Source: a bacterium (GTDB lineage: Bacteria; UBA8248). Taken from it: 64,000 bases of DNA. The stretch's first letter is position 1. Each line of letters starts with the position of its first letter. Position numbers and translations under genes: made by a program. Under the pieces are notes generated by a model, which was given only the letters and a program-made list of their open reading frames with translations, did not search any database and was not told the DNA's origin. The DNA is taken from NCBI GenBank assembly GCA_965203325.1, contig OZ241875.1:3616001-3680000 (forward strand). Reading direction: 5' to 3'. Of this stretch, positions 54,704-64,000 are shown one piece after another.

Positions 54704-54752
54704 TGAGGAAAGGAGCCCGAGAGTGATAGCGCGACCATACGCCACGCACGCC

Positions 54753-56153
54753 ATGTTCAGGCACTCGAGCCGCGTTCATTTCGTGGGCATCGGCGGGACG
54801 GGCATGTGCGGCATCGCCGAGGTCTTACTGAACCTGGGCTATGAGATCAGCGGCTCGGACATCGCGAGCAACGAGGCGATATTCAGGCTGCGCGGCCTGG
54901 GCGCGAAGGTGGTCCTCGGGCACAAAAAGGAAAACGTGGCGGGAGTGGACGTTCTGGTCTACAGCTCGGCGGTTACGGGCGACAACGTGGAAGTCGCCGA
55001 AGCGAGGCGGCGGAAAATCCCCGTCATCAAGCGCGCGGAGATGTTGTCCGAACTCATGCGCATGAAATACAGCATCGGCGTCGCAGGGACGCACGGCAAG
55101 ACGACCACCACGTCGTTCATCGCGGCGGCCCTGGCGGCAGGCGGACTCGACCCCACTGTCGTCGTGGGCGGACGCATCAACGCCCTGGGTTCGAACGCGA
55201 GAATGGGCGGGGGCGCGTATCTGGTGGCGGAGGCCGATGAGAGTGACGGCACGTTCCTGAGGCTCACGCCCACGATAGCGATCGTGACGAACATCGACGA
55301 GGAGCATCTCGATTTCTATGAGAATTACGACGCCATCAAGACCGCGTTCCTGGAGTTCGTGAACAAGGTTCCTTTTTATGGCTTTTCGGTGTTGTGCCTG
55401 GATCACCCCGCCGTTCAGGAGATCATCCCCCGCGTGGAGAAGCAGTTCTTCACCTATGGGTTCGGCACCCAGGCGGATTATGTGGGCGAGGAATTCCGCT
55501 ACGAAAACGGTGAGGCGGTCTTCGGCGTCAAACGAGGCGGAGAACGCCTCGGCGAGATTCGCCTCCTCATGCCCGGACGCCACAACGCGGACAACGCCCT
55601 GGCCGCCGCCGCCGTCTCGATGGAGCTCGACGTACCCTTTGCGGACATCCAAAGAGGTCTCCACGAGTTTGACGGCATCGGCCGCCGCCTCGAGCGGGTC
55701 GGAGAGGCGTCGGGCGTCACGATCTTCGATGACTACGGGCACCACCCGCAAGAGATCAAGGTCACGCTCCGCGCCGTTCGCGAAGCCTGGCCGGAGAACC
55801 GCCTGGTGGTGTTGTTTCAGCCGCATCGCTTCACGAGAACGCATCATCTCGAAGAGGCCTTCCACACCGCTTTTTACGATGCCGACAGGGTGATCGTCGC
55901 GCCCATATACGCCGCCGGCGAGGCGCCCATCGAGGGGGTGAACTCGGAAAGACTCGCAGAGGGCATCCGGGCACATGGCCATAGAAGCTGCGATGTGGTG
56001 GATGGCCTGGAGGACGCCTCGGATCGTTTGTTCGAGGAGGTGCGCGGCGGCGACATCGTTCTCACGCTCGGCGCGGGCGACGTCTGGGAGGCGGGCCGGG
56101 AGTTGCTCGGAAGACTCGAGCGCAGCGCCCGCGAATCAGAGGAAGCGGTATGA
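54753..56153 (+). CDS. murC: UDP-MurNAc--L-alanine ligase
   Basis: HFVGIGGTGM, GTHGKTTT, EADESD, DDYGHHP, FQPHR. Confidence 0.97.
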   Translation: MFRHSSRVHFVGIGGTGMCGIAEVLLNLGYEISGSDIASNEAIFRLRGLGAKVVLGHKKENVAGVDVLVYSSAVTGDNVEVAEARRRKIPVIKRAEMLSELMRMKYSIGVAGTHGKTTTTSFIAAALAAGGLDPTVVVGGRINALGSNARMGGGAYLVAEADESDGTFLRLTPTIAIVTNIDEEHLDFYENYDAIKTAFLEFVNKVPFYGFSVLCLDHPAVQEIIPRVEKQFFTYGFGTQADYVGEEFRYENGEAVFGVKRGGERLGEIRLLMPGRHNADNALAAAAVSMELDVPFADIQRGLHEFDGIGRRLERVGEASGVTIFDDYGHHPQEIKVTLRAVREAWPENRLVVLFQPHRFTRTHHLEEAFHTAFYDADRVIVAPIYAAGEAPIEGVNSERLAEGIRAHGHRSCDVVDGLEDASDRLFEEVRGGDIVLTLGAGDVWEAGRELLGRLERSARESEEAV

Positions 56154-57103
56154 GGGTCGGGGCGGCGGAGGAAGTCATGACGCTGGAGATGGCGGAAAAG
56201 CTGAGAGATCTCGATTGCGAGATTCTTTTCGATGAAATGCTGGCGCCATACACCACGTTTCAGGTGGGCGGCCCGGCGGACGCCCTCGCGCTGCCCGAGA
56301 CGGAAGACGAGCTGGTGGAGTTGATCGAGAGATGCCGGCACGAGGCGTTGCCGGTGACGGTTCTGGGCGGCGGCGCCAACACCCTGGTGCGCGACGGAGG
56401 TGTTCGCGGGGTGGTGGTCGCTTTCCCCAGGGCTTTCAGGGGAATCGAAGTGGTCGAGGAGAGCACAGAGCGCGTACTGCTGGAAGCCCGCGCTGGGGAG
56501 AAGATTCCAACGCTGGTGCGCTTCGCCGCCGAGCGCGGCTGGGCGGGAACGGAATGTCTGGCGGGGGTTCCCGGTACGGTGGGAGGAGCGCTGGCCATGA
56601 ACGCGGGCACAGCCGAATCATACATCGAAGACGCCGTGGAGAGCGTTCGCTGGATGCCCCTGGATGGGGGTGTTCCCGAGTGGCTCCCTGCGAAGGAATT
56701 GCGTTTCTCATACCGGCGCGCCGAGTTGCCGGCACCGGGCGTGGTGTTGTCCGTCCGCTTCTCGCTCCGGCCGGCGGACGCCGGTGCGTTGCGTGAGCAA
56801 TTGAGACGAAGCGCCGTCCAAAGGCGGGAGCGCCAGCCCTGGGGGGTGCCCTGTGCGGGTTCCATATTCAAGAATCCGCCCGGCGAGCGCGCGGGCGTGC
56901 TCATCGAATCGGCGGGCCTCAAGGGGATGCGCGTCGGCGGCGCGCAGGTAAGCGAGGTGCACGGGAATTTCATGGTGAATCTCGGTGGGGCTACTGCGGC
57001 GGACGTTCTGGCGCTCATCGACAAAGTGAAAAGAACGATTCTGGAGGAAAAGGGCGTCGAGTTGGCCCTGGAGTTGAACGTCACCGGGGAGGACCCGGCG
57101 TGA
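56150..57103 (+). CDS. murB: UDP-N-acetylenolpyruvoylglucosamine reductase
   Basis: TTFQVGGPA, GVPGTVGGALAMNAG, FSYR, AGSIFKNP, HGNF. Confidence 0.95.
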   Translation: MRVGAAEEVMTLEMAEKLRDLDCEILFDEMLAPYTTFQVGGPADALALPETEDELVELIERCRHEALPVTVLGGGANTLVRDGGVRGVVVAFPRAFRGIEVVEESTERVLLEARAGEKIPTLVRFAAERGWAGTECLAGVPGTVGGALAMNAGTAESYIEDAVESVRWMPLDGGVPEWLPAKELRFSYRRAELPAPGVVLSVRFSLRPADAGALREQLRRSAVQRRERQPWGVPCAGSIFKNPPGERAGVLIESAGLKGMRVGGAQVSEVHGNFMVNLGGATAADVLALIDKVKRTILEEKGVELALELNVTGEDPA

Positions 57104-58014
57104 AGCGTTTATCGTTCAGGTGGAGAGGGAAAGCCGAGGGCCGGGAAGTATTCCTGAACCTCGCCCAAACGGCCGAACATCCCCGAATCGTCCGAAAAAG
57201 AGTCAGGCGAGGCGGCAAGAAAAGAGTCAGGCGAGGCGGGAAAGAAAGAAGGGGCGGAAACTGGATATGGCCTGCAATCGGTTTTTTGGTTTTCGTGGAG
57301 GTGCTTCTCCTGGGCGGGCACGCGGTCCGGTGGGCGAGGAGCAGCAGCCATTTCGAGTTGAGCAAGGTGGTGGTGACGGGACACCGGACACTCCGGACCG
57401 CGGATATCAAAAAGCTCCTGGAGATCGAGCCGGGGACGAACATATTCGAAGCCGATTTGGCGGCCGTTCGCGAGCGCGTGGCCTCTCATCCATGGATAAA
57501 AAGCGCGAGCGTGCGCATGCGTCCGCCCCATTTCCTTGAGGTCGATATCCTCGAGCGCAAACCCGCAGCTCTCATCATGGGCGATGAAACTCTCGTGGTG
57601 GATGAAGACGGCGTCGTGCTCAGTAAGTCTATGACCCCGCTCGCGGGATGCCTGCCCATGGTCGAGGGATTCGGCCCGCGTCGTTGGCGCCCGGGCGACG
57701 TGGTTCGCGACCCGCGTCTGGCGAGTTCCATAGAGGCGGTTTTTTTATTCCAGGATTCGTCGGTGATCCGCGGCGAGTGCATTTCCGTCCGAAACACAGG
57801 ATCGGGTCAACTCCGGCTTCGCGCCCTGGAGGGAAAAGTAGAACTTATGGTCAGTGAAGAGAGGATGGAGAGTCAGGCCGGTCGGCTCCGGGCCGTTTCG
57901 GACGACGTTCTCCGCCAGGAGAAATTTGGAGCGGGCGGCCTGCAGTTTGATCTCAGATTTCCCGGCAGGGTGATCGTTCGGCCGCTCGCAAAGGATGGAG
58001 GGAGGATAGGATGA
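57100..58014 (+). CDS. ftsQ: Cell division protein FtsQ/DivIB
   Basis: Basic N-tail, one TM helix, POTRA (HPWIKSASV..P..L.V.I.ERKP), C-terminal DLRF; precedes ftsA. Confidence 0.85.
   Translation: MKRLSFRWRGKAEGREVFLNLAQTAEHPRIVRKRVRRGGKKRVRRGGKERRGGNWIWPAIGFLVFVEVLLLGGHAVRWARSSSHFELSKVVVTGHRTLRTADIKKLLEIEPGTNIFEADLAAVRERVASHPWIKSASVRMRPPHFLEVDILERKPAALIMGDETLVVDEDGVVLSKSMTPLAGCLPMVEGFGPRRWRPGDVVRDPRLASSIEAVFLFQDSSVIRGECISVRNTGSGQLRLRALEGKVELMVSEERMESQAGRLRAVSDDVLRQEKFGAGGLQFDLRFPGRVIVRPLAKDGGRIG
57196..57243 (+). repeat. 24-bp tandem duplication within ftsQ
   Basis: aaaagagtcaggcgaggcgg-caag followed by aaaagagtcaggcgaggcgg-gaaa (KRVRRGGK twice). Confidence 0.85.
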
Positions 58015-59252
58015 GCAAACATGGCGATGTGCTGGTGGGTCTGGACATCGGCACCTCGAAAATCTGTGTGGTCGTGGCCGAAGTGAACGAGGACGGTTCT
58101 CTGGAAATCGTAGGTTTGGGGAAAACCCCCTCGAAAGGGCTCAACCGGGGTTCGGTGGTGAACATCGACCAGACGGTGGAGTCGGTTCAAACGGCGGTGG
58201 GAGAGGCGGAGTTCATCAGCGGCTCGCCCATTCGCTCCGCATTCGTCGGCGTGGCGGGGGGGCACATCCGCAGTTTCAACACCAACGGTATCGTGGCCAT
58301 CAAGAACAAGATTGTCACGCAAGAGGACATTGATCGCGTCGTCGAGCAGGCGCGCGCGGTCACGATGCCGACGGATCACGAAATCATCCATGTGCTTCCG
58401 CAAGAATATATCGTCGACGATCAGGAGGGTGTCACCGAGCCCGCCGGAATGGCGGGCGTTCGCCTGGAGTGCAAGGTCCACGTCGTGACGGGCGCGATTC
58501 CCGCGATCCAGAACATCACCCGCAGCGTCGAGAGGGCGGGCCTGAACGTCGAGCGCCTGGTGCTTCAACCTTTCGCCTCCTCGCTGGCCGCGCTGAGCGA
58601 AGATGAGCGCGATCTGGGCGTGGCCGTCGTGGATATCGGGAGCGGCACGGCGGACGTCGCCGTCATCAGCGGGGGCGCGCTGCGCTATTCAGCCGTCATT
58701 CCCGTGGGTGGCAGCCACATCACGAGGGATATGGCGATAGGGTTGCGTACGCCGGACTACCAGGCCGAGAGAATCAAGCAGGAACACGGCTGCGCCCTGG
58801 CCGCCCGTGTGTCGAGCGATGAGGAGATCGAAGTGCCCAGCGTCGGGGGCCGTCCGCCGCGCGTGTTGAGCCGGCAGATGCTCGCCGAGATCATCGAACC
58901 ACGGATGGAGGAGATATTGACGCTCATCCGCCGCGAGATCCAGAAAAGCGGCATGGAGGATCTCCTGCCCGCCGGCGTTGTGCTCACGGGCGGGGCGAGC
59001 ATCATCGAGGGCGCCGATGAATTGGCCGAAAACGTGCTTCAGCTGCCGGTGAGGCTGGGCGTTCCCGGCGGTATCGGCGGGCTGGTGGACATGGTCAACG
59101 GGCCCATGTACTCCACCGCCGTGGGCCTCGTGATTTACGCCATGAAAACGAACGCCACGAGACGCCGCGGTCTCGTGAACGGGACATCGAATGGTCCCAT
59201 TCGTCAAACAACACAAAAAATCCGCCATGTTTTAGCTAGTGTATTCAAATGA
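58011..59252 (+). CDS. ftsA: Cell division protein FtsA
   Basis: [34 protein letters not shown]. Confidence 0.97.
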   Translation: MSKHGDVLVGLDIGTSKICVVVAEVNEDGSLEIVGLGKTPSKGLNRGSVVNIDQTVESVQTAVGEAEFISGSPIRSAFVGVAGGHIRSFNTNGIVAIKNKIVTQEDIDRVVEQARAVTMPTDHEIIHVLPQEYIVDDQEGVTEPAGMAGVRLECKVHVVTGAIPAIQNITRSVERAGLNVERLVLQPFASSLAALSEDERDLGVAVVDIGSGTADVAVISGGALRYSAVIPVGGSHITRDMAIGLRTPDYQAERIKQEHGCALAARVSSDEEIEVPSVGGRPPRVLSRQMLAEIIEPRMEEILTLIRREIQKSGMEDLLPAGVVLTGGASIIEGADELAENVLQLPVRLGVPGGIGGLVDMVNGPMYSTAVGLVIYAMKTNATRRRGLVNGTSNGPIRQTTQKIRHVLASVFK

Positions 59253-59299
59253 TCGCAAGGGGGAGCGAGGAGCGCTTCCCGGGATCGAAGGGGGGGAGA

Positions 59300-60448
59300 A
59301 TGAGTAATACGACGTTTTTCACATTGGAGCAGGAAGCGCCGTGCAGCGCGAGAATCGCGGTCGTCGGCGTAGGAGGCGGCGGAGGCAACGCCGTCAACAC
59401 CATGATTTCAGCGGGCATGGAAGGTGTTCAATTCGTGGCCGCGAACACGGATTCCCAGGTCTTGGAGCGTTCTCTCGCGTCCGAGAAAATCCAGCTCGGC
59501 CAGGAGTTGACGAACGGGCTGGGGGCCGGCGGGAACCCCGAAATCGGCAGGAAAGCCGCTCTGGAGGACACCGAGCGTCTCTCGGAATTCATGCACAATC
59601 TCGAGATGGTGTTCGTCACCGCGGGCATGGGCGGTGGTACGGGCACGGGCGCCGCTCCCGTCATCGCGCGCGTCGCAAAAGAGGCGGGGGTGTTGACGGT
59701 GGGCGTCGTCACCAAGCCGTTCGAGTTCGAGGGTCCTCGCCGGATGAGTCAGGCCGACGAGGGCATCGAGGAGCTGCGCGACGCCGTGAACACGCTCATC
59801 ACCATCCCCAACCAGCGTCTCCTGGGCATGGTCGAACGCTCCACGCCGATGATGGAGGCTTTCCAGAAGGCGAACAACGTCTTGCTGCAGGCGTGCAAGG
59901 GAATCGCCGACCTCATCACCACGCCCGGTTTGATCAATCTCGATTTCGCCGACGTGCGCACCATCATGCGCGACATGGGCGGCAAGGCCCTGATGGGCAG
60001 CGGCACGGGTCAGGGCGAGAATCGCGCCGTCATCGCCGCGCAAAACGCCATCAACAGCCCCCTGCTCGAAGAAGGGACCATCGAGGGCTCCCGGGGCGTG
60101 CTCATCAACATCAGCGGCGGCGCGGACCTTTCGCTCTACGAAGTGAACGAGGCCTGCAAACTCGTCCACGAAAAAGCGCACCAGGAGGCAAACATCATAT
60201 TCGGTTCGGTAATTGACGCGAACCTGGACAACCAGATTCGCGTGACCGTCATCGCGACGGGCTTCGGGCGGGAATCGATTCGCGAAGTGCCGCCGCTGGA
60301 ATCGGAAGCCACGGGTACCGAGGGCGGAAAAATATCGGTGCCCGCGTATATCCGCCTGAAAAACACCAAGACGCCCGCCGGCATCCCGGACAATCTGGAG
60401 GATGACGATCTGGACGTGCCCACATTCCTGCGCAAGCAGGTTGACTAA
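59300..60448 (+). CDS. ftsZ: Cell division protein FtsZ
   Basis: [30 protein letters not shown]-terminal LDVPTFLRK. Confidence 0.99.
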   Translation: MSNTTFFTLEQEAPCSARIAVVGVGGGGGNAVNTMISAGMEGVQFVAANTDSQVLERSLASEKIQLGQELTNGLGAGGNPEIGRKAALEDTERLSEFMHNLEMVFVTAGMGGGTGTGAAPVIARVAKEAGVLTVGVVTKPFEFEGPRRMSQADEGIEELRDAVNTLITIPNQRLLGMVERSTPMMEAFQKANNVLLQACKGIADLITTPGLINLDFADVRTIMRDMGGKALMGSGTGQGENRAVIAAQNAINSPLLEEGTIEGSRGVLINISGGADLSLYEVNEACKLVHEKAHQEANIIFGSVIDANLDNQIRVTVIATGFGRESIREVPPLESEATGTEGGKISVPAYIRLKNTKTPAGIPDNLEDDDLDVPTFLRKQVD

Positions 60449-60667
60449 TCCCCCCCACGTCGTTTGGTAGAGGGGGCCTCTCTCGATCCTGACGACGCAT
60501 TCCCCATGGACGCGACTGGGGGAGAGCATTCTCCCCCAGCCCCGCCTTTCTCGGTGGCGTGGGCCCGTTTCTTGTGGCGTCACGCGCCTCTCCTTATAAT
60601 GAGCGCGGAGCAAGGAGATTGATTCAAGGATGTTGGATGATTTCCCGTCGTCCGGGATGGATTGCGG

Positions 60668-61465
60668 ATGAATTCTTTGGAGCGCCACGAATCCGGCGGC
60701 GTTGAATTTCTCAGTTCACCTTTGCTCGAAGAACTCGATTGCCTGCGTCACGGGTTCAGCACCCGAAGGGGTGGGGTGAGCGAGGGCCGCTTCCGATCGC
60801 TCAACCTCGGGCGGGCCAGGGGGGAAGCCCCCGAAAACGTAGCGGAAAACAGAAGGCGTTTTTTTCGAGCCGCCGATTTTCCGGCGGGACGCCTGGTGGA
60901 AGTGAAGCAGGTTCACGGGTGCGACGTTCTCGTGGCCGAGCGCGTCTCCCCGGATGAAAAAGCGTGCGGCGACGCGCTGATCACGAACGTTACGGGCTTA
61001 GGGCTGGCGGTTCAGACGGCGGATTGTATTCCCGTGCTCATCGCAGACGCCCGGAAAATCGCCGTTGCCGCCGTTCACGCGGGGCGCAAGGGGATAGCCA
61101 GCGGCGTTTTGCCCGCGACCATCGAAAGGATGCGGGAGGAATACGGCTGTGATCCCCGGGATATGCGGGCCGTCCTCGGCCCCGCCATTTCCGGGAATCG
61201 CTACGAGGTGGGCGAGGAGTGTTTGCCGCCTTTTCGCGAACGGCACCGAAACTGGGGAGATTTCGCCACGCCCCTGGGAGGGGGCAAGTGGCTGCTGGAC
61301 CTCCCCCTGGCGGCGAGGTCTCAGTTGGCCTCGGCGGGGGTTCCCGAAAGCCGAATCGGCGCGCCGGGGCCTTGCACGTTTTCTGAATCATCGAGATTTT
61401 TCTCCTACCGCCGCGACGGGCCGCCCACGGGAAGGTTGCTTTCGGCGATATGGATAGGAGCGTGA
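60668..61465 (+). CDS. pgeF: Peptidoglycan editing factor PgeF / purine nucleoside phosphorylase (YfiH family)
   Basis: HGFSTRRGGVS, SLNLG, QVHG, TADCIP, HAGRKG, GPAI, FFSYRR. Confidence 0.92.
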   Translation: MNSLERHESGGVEFLSSPLLEELDCLRHGFSTRRGGVSEGRFRSLNLGRARGEAPENVAENRRRFFRAADFPAGRLVEVKQVHGCDVLVAERVSPDEKACGDALITNVTGLGLAVQTADCIPVLIADARKIAVAAVHAGRKGIASGVLPATIERMREEYGCDPRDMRAVLGPAISGNRYEVGEECLPPFRERHRNWGDFATPLGGGKWLLDLPLAARSQLASAGVPESRIGAPGPCTFSESSRFFSYRRDGPPTGRLLSAIWIGA

Positions 61466-62178
61466 GGCAAGCGGTGAGTAATATCGGGCAGCGATACGAG
61501 ATGGTGAAAGAACGCGTGGCGGACGCGGCTGTGGCCAGCGGCCGCAACCCGGACGATATCCGCCTTCTGGCCGTGAGCAAGACCCAGCCCCCCGAGCGCG
61601 TGGTCGAGGCCATCGAGGCGGGCGTCGATATTATCGGGGAGAACCGCGTGCAGGAAGCCCAGGGGAAGAGGGGCGAGATAGACCCTGAAATCGCGGGCAG
61701 GGCGAGGTGGCACCTCATCGGCAGCCTGCAAAGGAACAAGGCCCGCGCCGTGCCCGGGCTGTTCGACGTGGTGGAATCCGTCGATTCTCTCGCCTTGGCG
61801 CGCGAGTTGAGCAAGCGCGTTACCCGCGGAGGGGAAGACCCCCTGGACGTGTTCATCCAGGTGAATACCGGGGGGGAAGCCCAGAAGGGAGGGGTTTCCC
61901 CGGCGGATGCGATGACGCTCGTGCGGGAAGCCTCCGATCTGGAAGCCTTGCGAGTGGTCGGCTTGATGTGCATTCCTCCCCTGGGGCGGGAGGCGGAGGA
62001 GAGCCGTCCCCACTTCGAGTTGTTGAGGAAATTGAGAGACGAGGCCCAAGACGCCGGGTTCTCCGGCGTCCGGGAGTTGTCGATGGGCATGTCGAACGAC
62101 TTCGAAGTCGCGGTAGCCGAGGGAGCGACGCTCGTCCGCATCGGCACGGCGATTTTCGGGCCGAGGGGAACGAACTGA
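61450..62178 (+). CDS. yggS: PLP homeostasis protein (YggS family); true start probably slightly downstream
   Basis: LAVSKT, GENRVQE, WHLIGSLQRNK, GLMCIPP, LSMGMSNDF, VRIGTAIFG. Confidence 0.95.
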   Translation: MDRSVRQAVSNIGQRYEMVKERVADAAVASGRNPDDIRLLAVSKTQPPERVVEAIEAGVDIIGENRVQEAQGKRGEIDPEIAGRARWHLIGSLQRNKARAVPGLFDVVESVDSLALARELSKRVTRGGEDPLDVFIQVNTGGEAQKGGVSPADAMTLVREASDLEALRVVGLMCIPPLGREAEESRPHFELLRKLRDEAQDAGFSGVRELSMGMSNDFEVAVAEGATLVRIGTAIFGPRGTN

Positions 62179-62271
62179 GGCGAATTTGAATCAGGCCAAT
62201 CATTTCAGTAGGATGGGCTGGTTCCGGCGTTCGGAGCGATTTGGAACCCACTTTCGGAAGGTATATAGATT

Positions 62272-63078
62272 ATGGCGGAAATCCTTGTAGTCGGTGGCGG
62301 CAACATGGGCGAAGCGCTCGCCATGGGCATGGTGAATTCCGCCTATGCGAAAGTCGATGAGGTCGTCATCGCGGAACCCCTGGCAGAGCGCGCCGCGTAT
62401 CTCGGAAAAACGTCGGGTTTTCAGGTCGTGTCCGACGGGGCGGAGGCGGCTCCCGAGGCGCAAAAGGTGGTGGTCGCCGTGAAACCGCAGGTGCTGGACG
62501 CCGTTCTGGAAGGGCTTAAACACGCCCTGGCGCACCGCCCGCTCCTGATTTCCGTCGTTGCGGGCGCGCCCACGAGCCGGTTCACGGGAATTTTGGGCGA
62601 TGAGGCGCGCATCGTCCGCGTCATGCCGAACACCCCCGCCCTCGTGGGAGAAGGCGCCGCGGGGTTGTGCGCGGGCGGCGGGGCGTCGGAGGCGGACCTG
62701 TCGCAAGCGAAGCAGCTTCTCGAGTCCGTGGGCAAGGCGGTGATTCTGCCCGAATCGTTGATGGACGCCGTGACGGGATTGTCGGGCAGCGGCCCCGCGT
62801 ACGTCTTTCAGTTCATCGAGGCGCTGGCGGACGGCGGTGTGAGGGCGGGTCTGCCGCGCGAGGAGGCGATGCTGCTGGCGGCCCAAACCGTTTTGGGCTC
62901 CGCGCGGATGCTTATTGAGACGGGAGAGCATCCGGGCCGCCTGAAGGACATGGTGGCCTCGCCCGGGGGAACGACCATCGCCGGCTTGCATGCGCTCGAA
63001 AACGGAGGGCTTCGCTCCGCCGTCATGGACGCCGTGAACGCCGCCGCGCGCAGGAGCGAGGAGTTGGGCCGTGGCTAG
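62272..63078 (+). CDS. proC: Pyrroline-5-carboxylate reductase
   Basis: GGGNMG, AVKPQ, RVMPNTP, SGSGPAY, SPGGTT. Confidence 0.96.
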   Translation: MAEILVVGGGNMGEALAMGMVNSAYAKVDEVVIAEPLAERAAYLGKTSGFQVVSDGAEAAPEAQKVVVAVKPQVLDAVLEGLKHALAHRPLLISVVAGAPTSRFTGILGDEARIVRVMPNTPALVGEGAAGLCAGGGASEADLSQAKQLLESVGKAVILPESLMDAVTGLSGSGPAYVFQFIEALADGGVRAGLPREEAMLLAAQTVLGSARMLIETGEHPGRLKDMVASPGGTTIAGLHALENGGLRSAVMDAVNAAARRSEELGRG

Positions 63079-63105
63079 CCCGTTTTTTCAACCGGGGGTT
63101 CAATC

Positions 63106-63402
63106 GTGTTCTTGATATCGAATTTCATGCACGGAATCGGCGTCATTCTCAGCTACGTGCTCACCATCTACATCTGGATCATCATCATTCGTGCATTGTT
63201 GTCGTGGGTGAATCCCGACCCTTACAACCCGATAGTCCAGATATTGTATCGTCTGACGGAGCCGGTGCTGGCTCCCGTGCGCTACCGGATGCCGGATATC
63301 GGGGGCATCGATGCGAGTCCGATCGTGGTTTTGTTGATCATATTCTTTTTGCAAACTTTCCTGGTTCAAAGTATCTTTGACCTGGCAAGCATGCTGCGCT
63401 GA
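63106..63402 (+). CDS. YggT family membrane protein
   Basis: IIRALLSWVNPDPYNPIV..LTEPVLAP.R..GGID.SP. Confidence 0.93.
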   Translation: MFLISNFMHGIGVILSYVLTIYIWIIIIRALLSWVNPDPYNPIVQILYRLTEPVLAPVRYRMPDIGGIDASPIVVLLIIFFLQTFLVQSIFDLASMLR

Positions 63403-63414
63403 TTTTCACGGGGG

Positions 63415-63999
63415 ATGGAGATGAATTACACCGGCAACGACGTTCGAAGCCATAGCTTTTCGAGCAAAATGCGGGGCTACGATCGTCTCGAAGTCGATGC
63501 GTTCTTGTTCAAGGTGGCCGACTGGCTGGATCAGTCGGTGCGGAAGAACGAACAACTCAGCCTGCAGTGCAAGGACCTGTTCGAGCAATACAACGGATTG
63601 AGAGAAGAACACACCAACCTGCAGAAAATTCTCATCTCCGTGAACGAACTCCGGGATCAGGCAGCGGCCAAATCCGGCGAATTGGTGGAAAAGGCCGAAA
63701 CCGACGCCGAAACGCTCATCAAAGAAGCGAACGCCGAGGCGAAGGGGATTCGCGCGAAAGCCGAAAAGGATATCGAAAAGCTGCGCGAGGAGATAGAGCA
63801 ATTAACGGCGCAGAGGGATAAGATTCTTGCCGATCTGTACGAGACGTTTCTTTCCCAGATTCGAACGCTCGAAACCGAGGGCGTCCGCATGGGGGTCGAC
63901 CTCGCCCGCCTCATGGAAGAGGCGAGCGAAGACGCCCCGGACGAGGAAAGCGAAAACGTCATCAAGCTGAACCAAAAAGCGGAGGGCGATGCGTCGTGA
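63415..63999 (+). CDS. DivIVA domain protein
   Basis: N-terminal FSSKMRGYDRLEVDAFL followed by long coiled coil; follows yggT. Confidence 0.88.
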   Translation: MEMNYTGNDVRSHSFSSKMRGYDRLEVDAFLFKVADWLDQSVRKNEQLSLQCKDLFEQYNGLREEHTNLQKILISVNELRDQAAAKSGELVEKAETDAETLIKEANAEAKGIRAKAEKDIEKLREEIEQLTAQRDKILADLYETFLSQIRTLETEGVRMGVDLARLMEEASEDAPDEESENVIKLNQKAEGDAS

Positions 64000-64000
64000 T

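Overview
GC-rich bacterial chromosomal window made up almost entirely of housekeeping genes on the + strand. In order: DUF2877-like gene, PanE-like reductase, GNAT, gcvT-gcvH-gcvP plus a lipoate-ligase-family gene, a low-GC VapBC45-like toxin-antitoxin pair (the only - strand genes), tRNA-Gly(CCC), PHP-WYL-DUF507-DUF507-coaE, rho, an extended L31, prfA-prmC-murA-hisGDBHAF(IE), mutS2-dnaG-rpoD, tRNA(CAT, probably Ile2), zinc-ribbon protein, RNase HI, rnpB, ilvA-purH-folC-folP, TauE-panE-panB, a divergent cobS, and the dcw cluster (mraZ to ftsZ, no ddl) followed by pgeF-yggS-proC-yggT-divIVA. The gene order suggests a Nitrospinota/Deltaproteobacteria-like diderm (inference only). I found no CRISPR array, integrase, transposase or prophage. 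The best candidates for something new are: (1) a PHP + WYL regulator operon whose WYL domain has lost its conserved ligand-binding arginines; (2) two long, AT-richer, extensively base-paired leaders behind good sigma70 promoters, upstream of rho and of mutS2-dnaG-rpoD; (3) an L31 about three times normal length; (4) an orphan CobS homolog lacking the family's conserved His/Asp motifs; (5) REP/MITE-like palindromic elements, one of which splits the his operon. All family calls come from motifs recognised by eye; no searches or folding programs were run.
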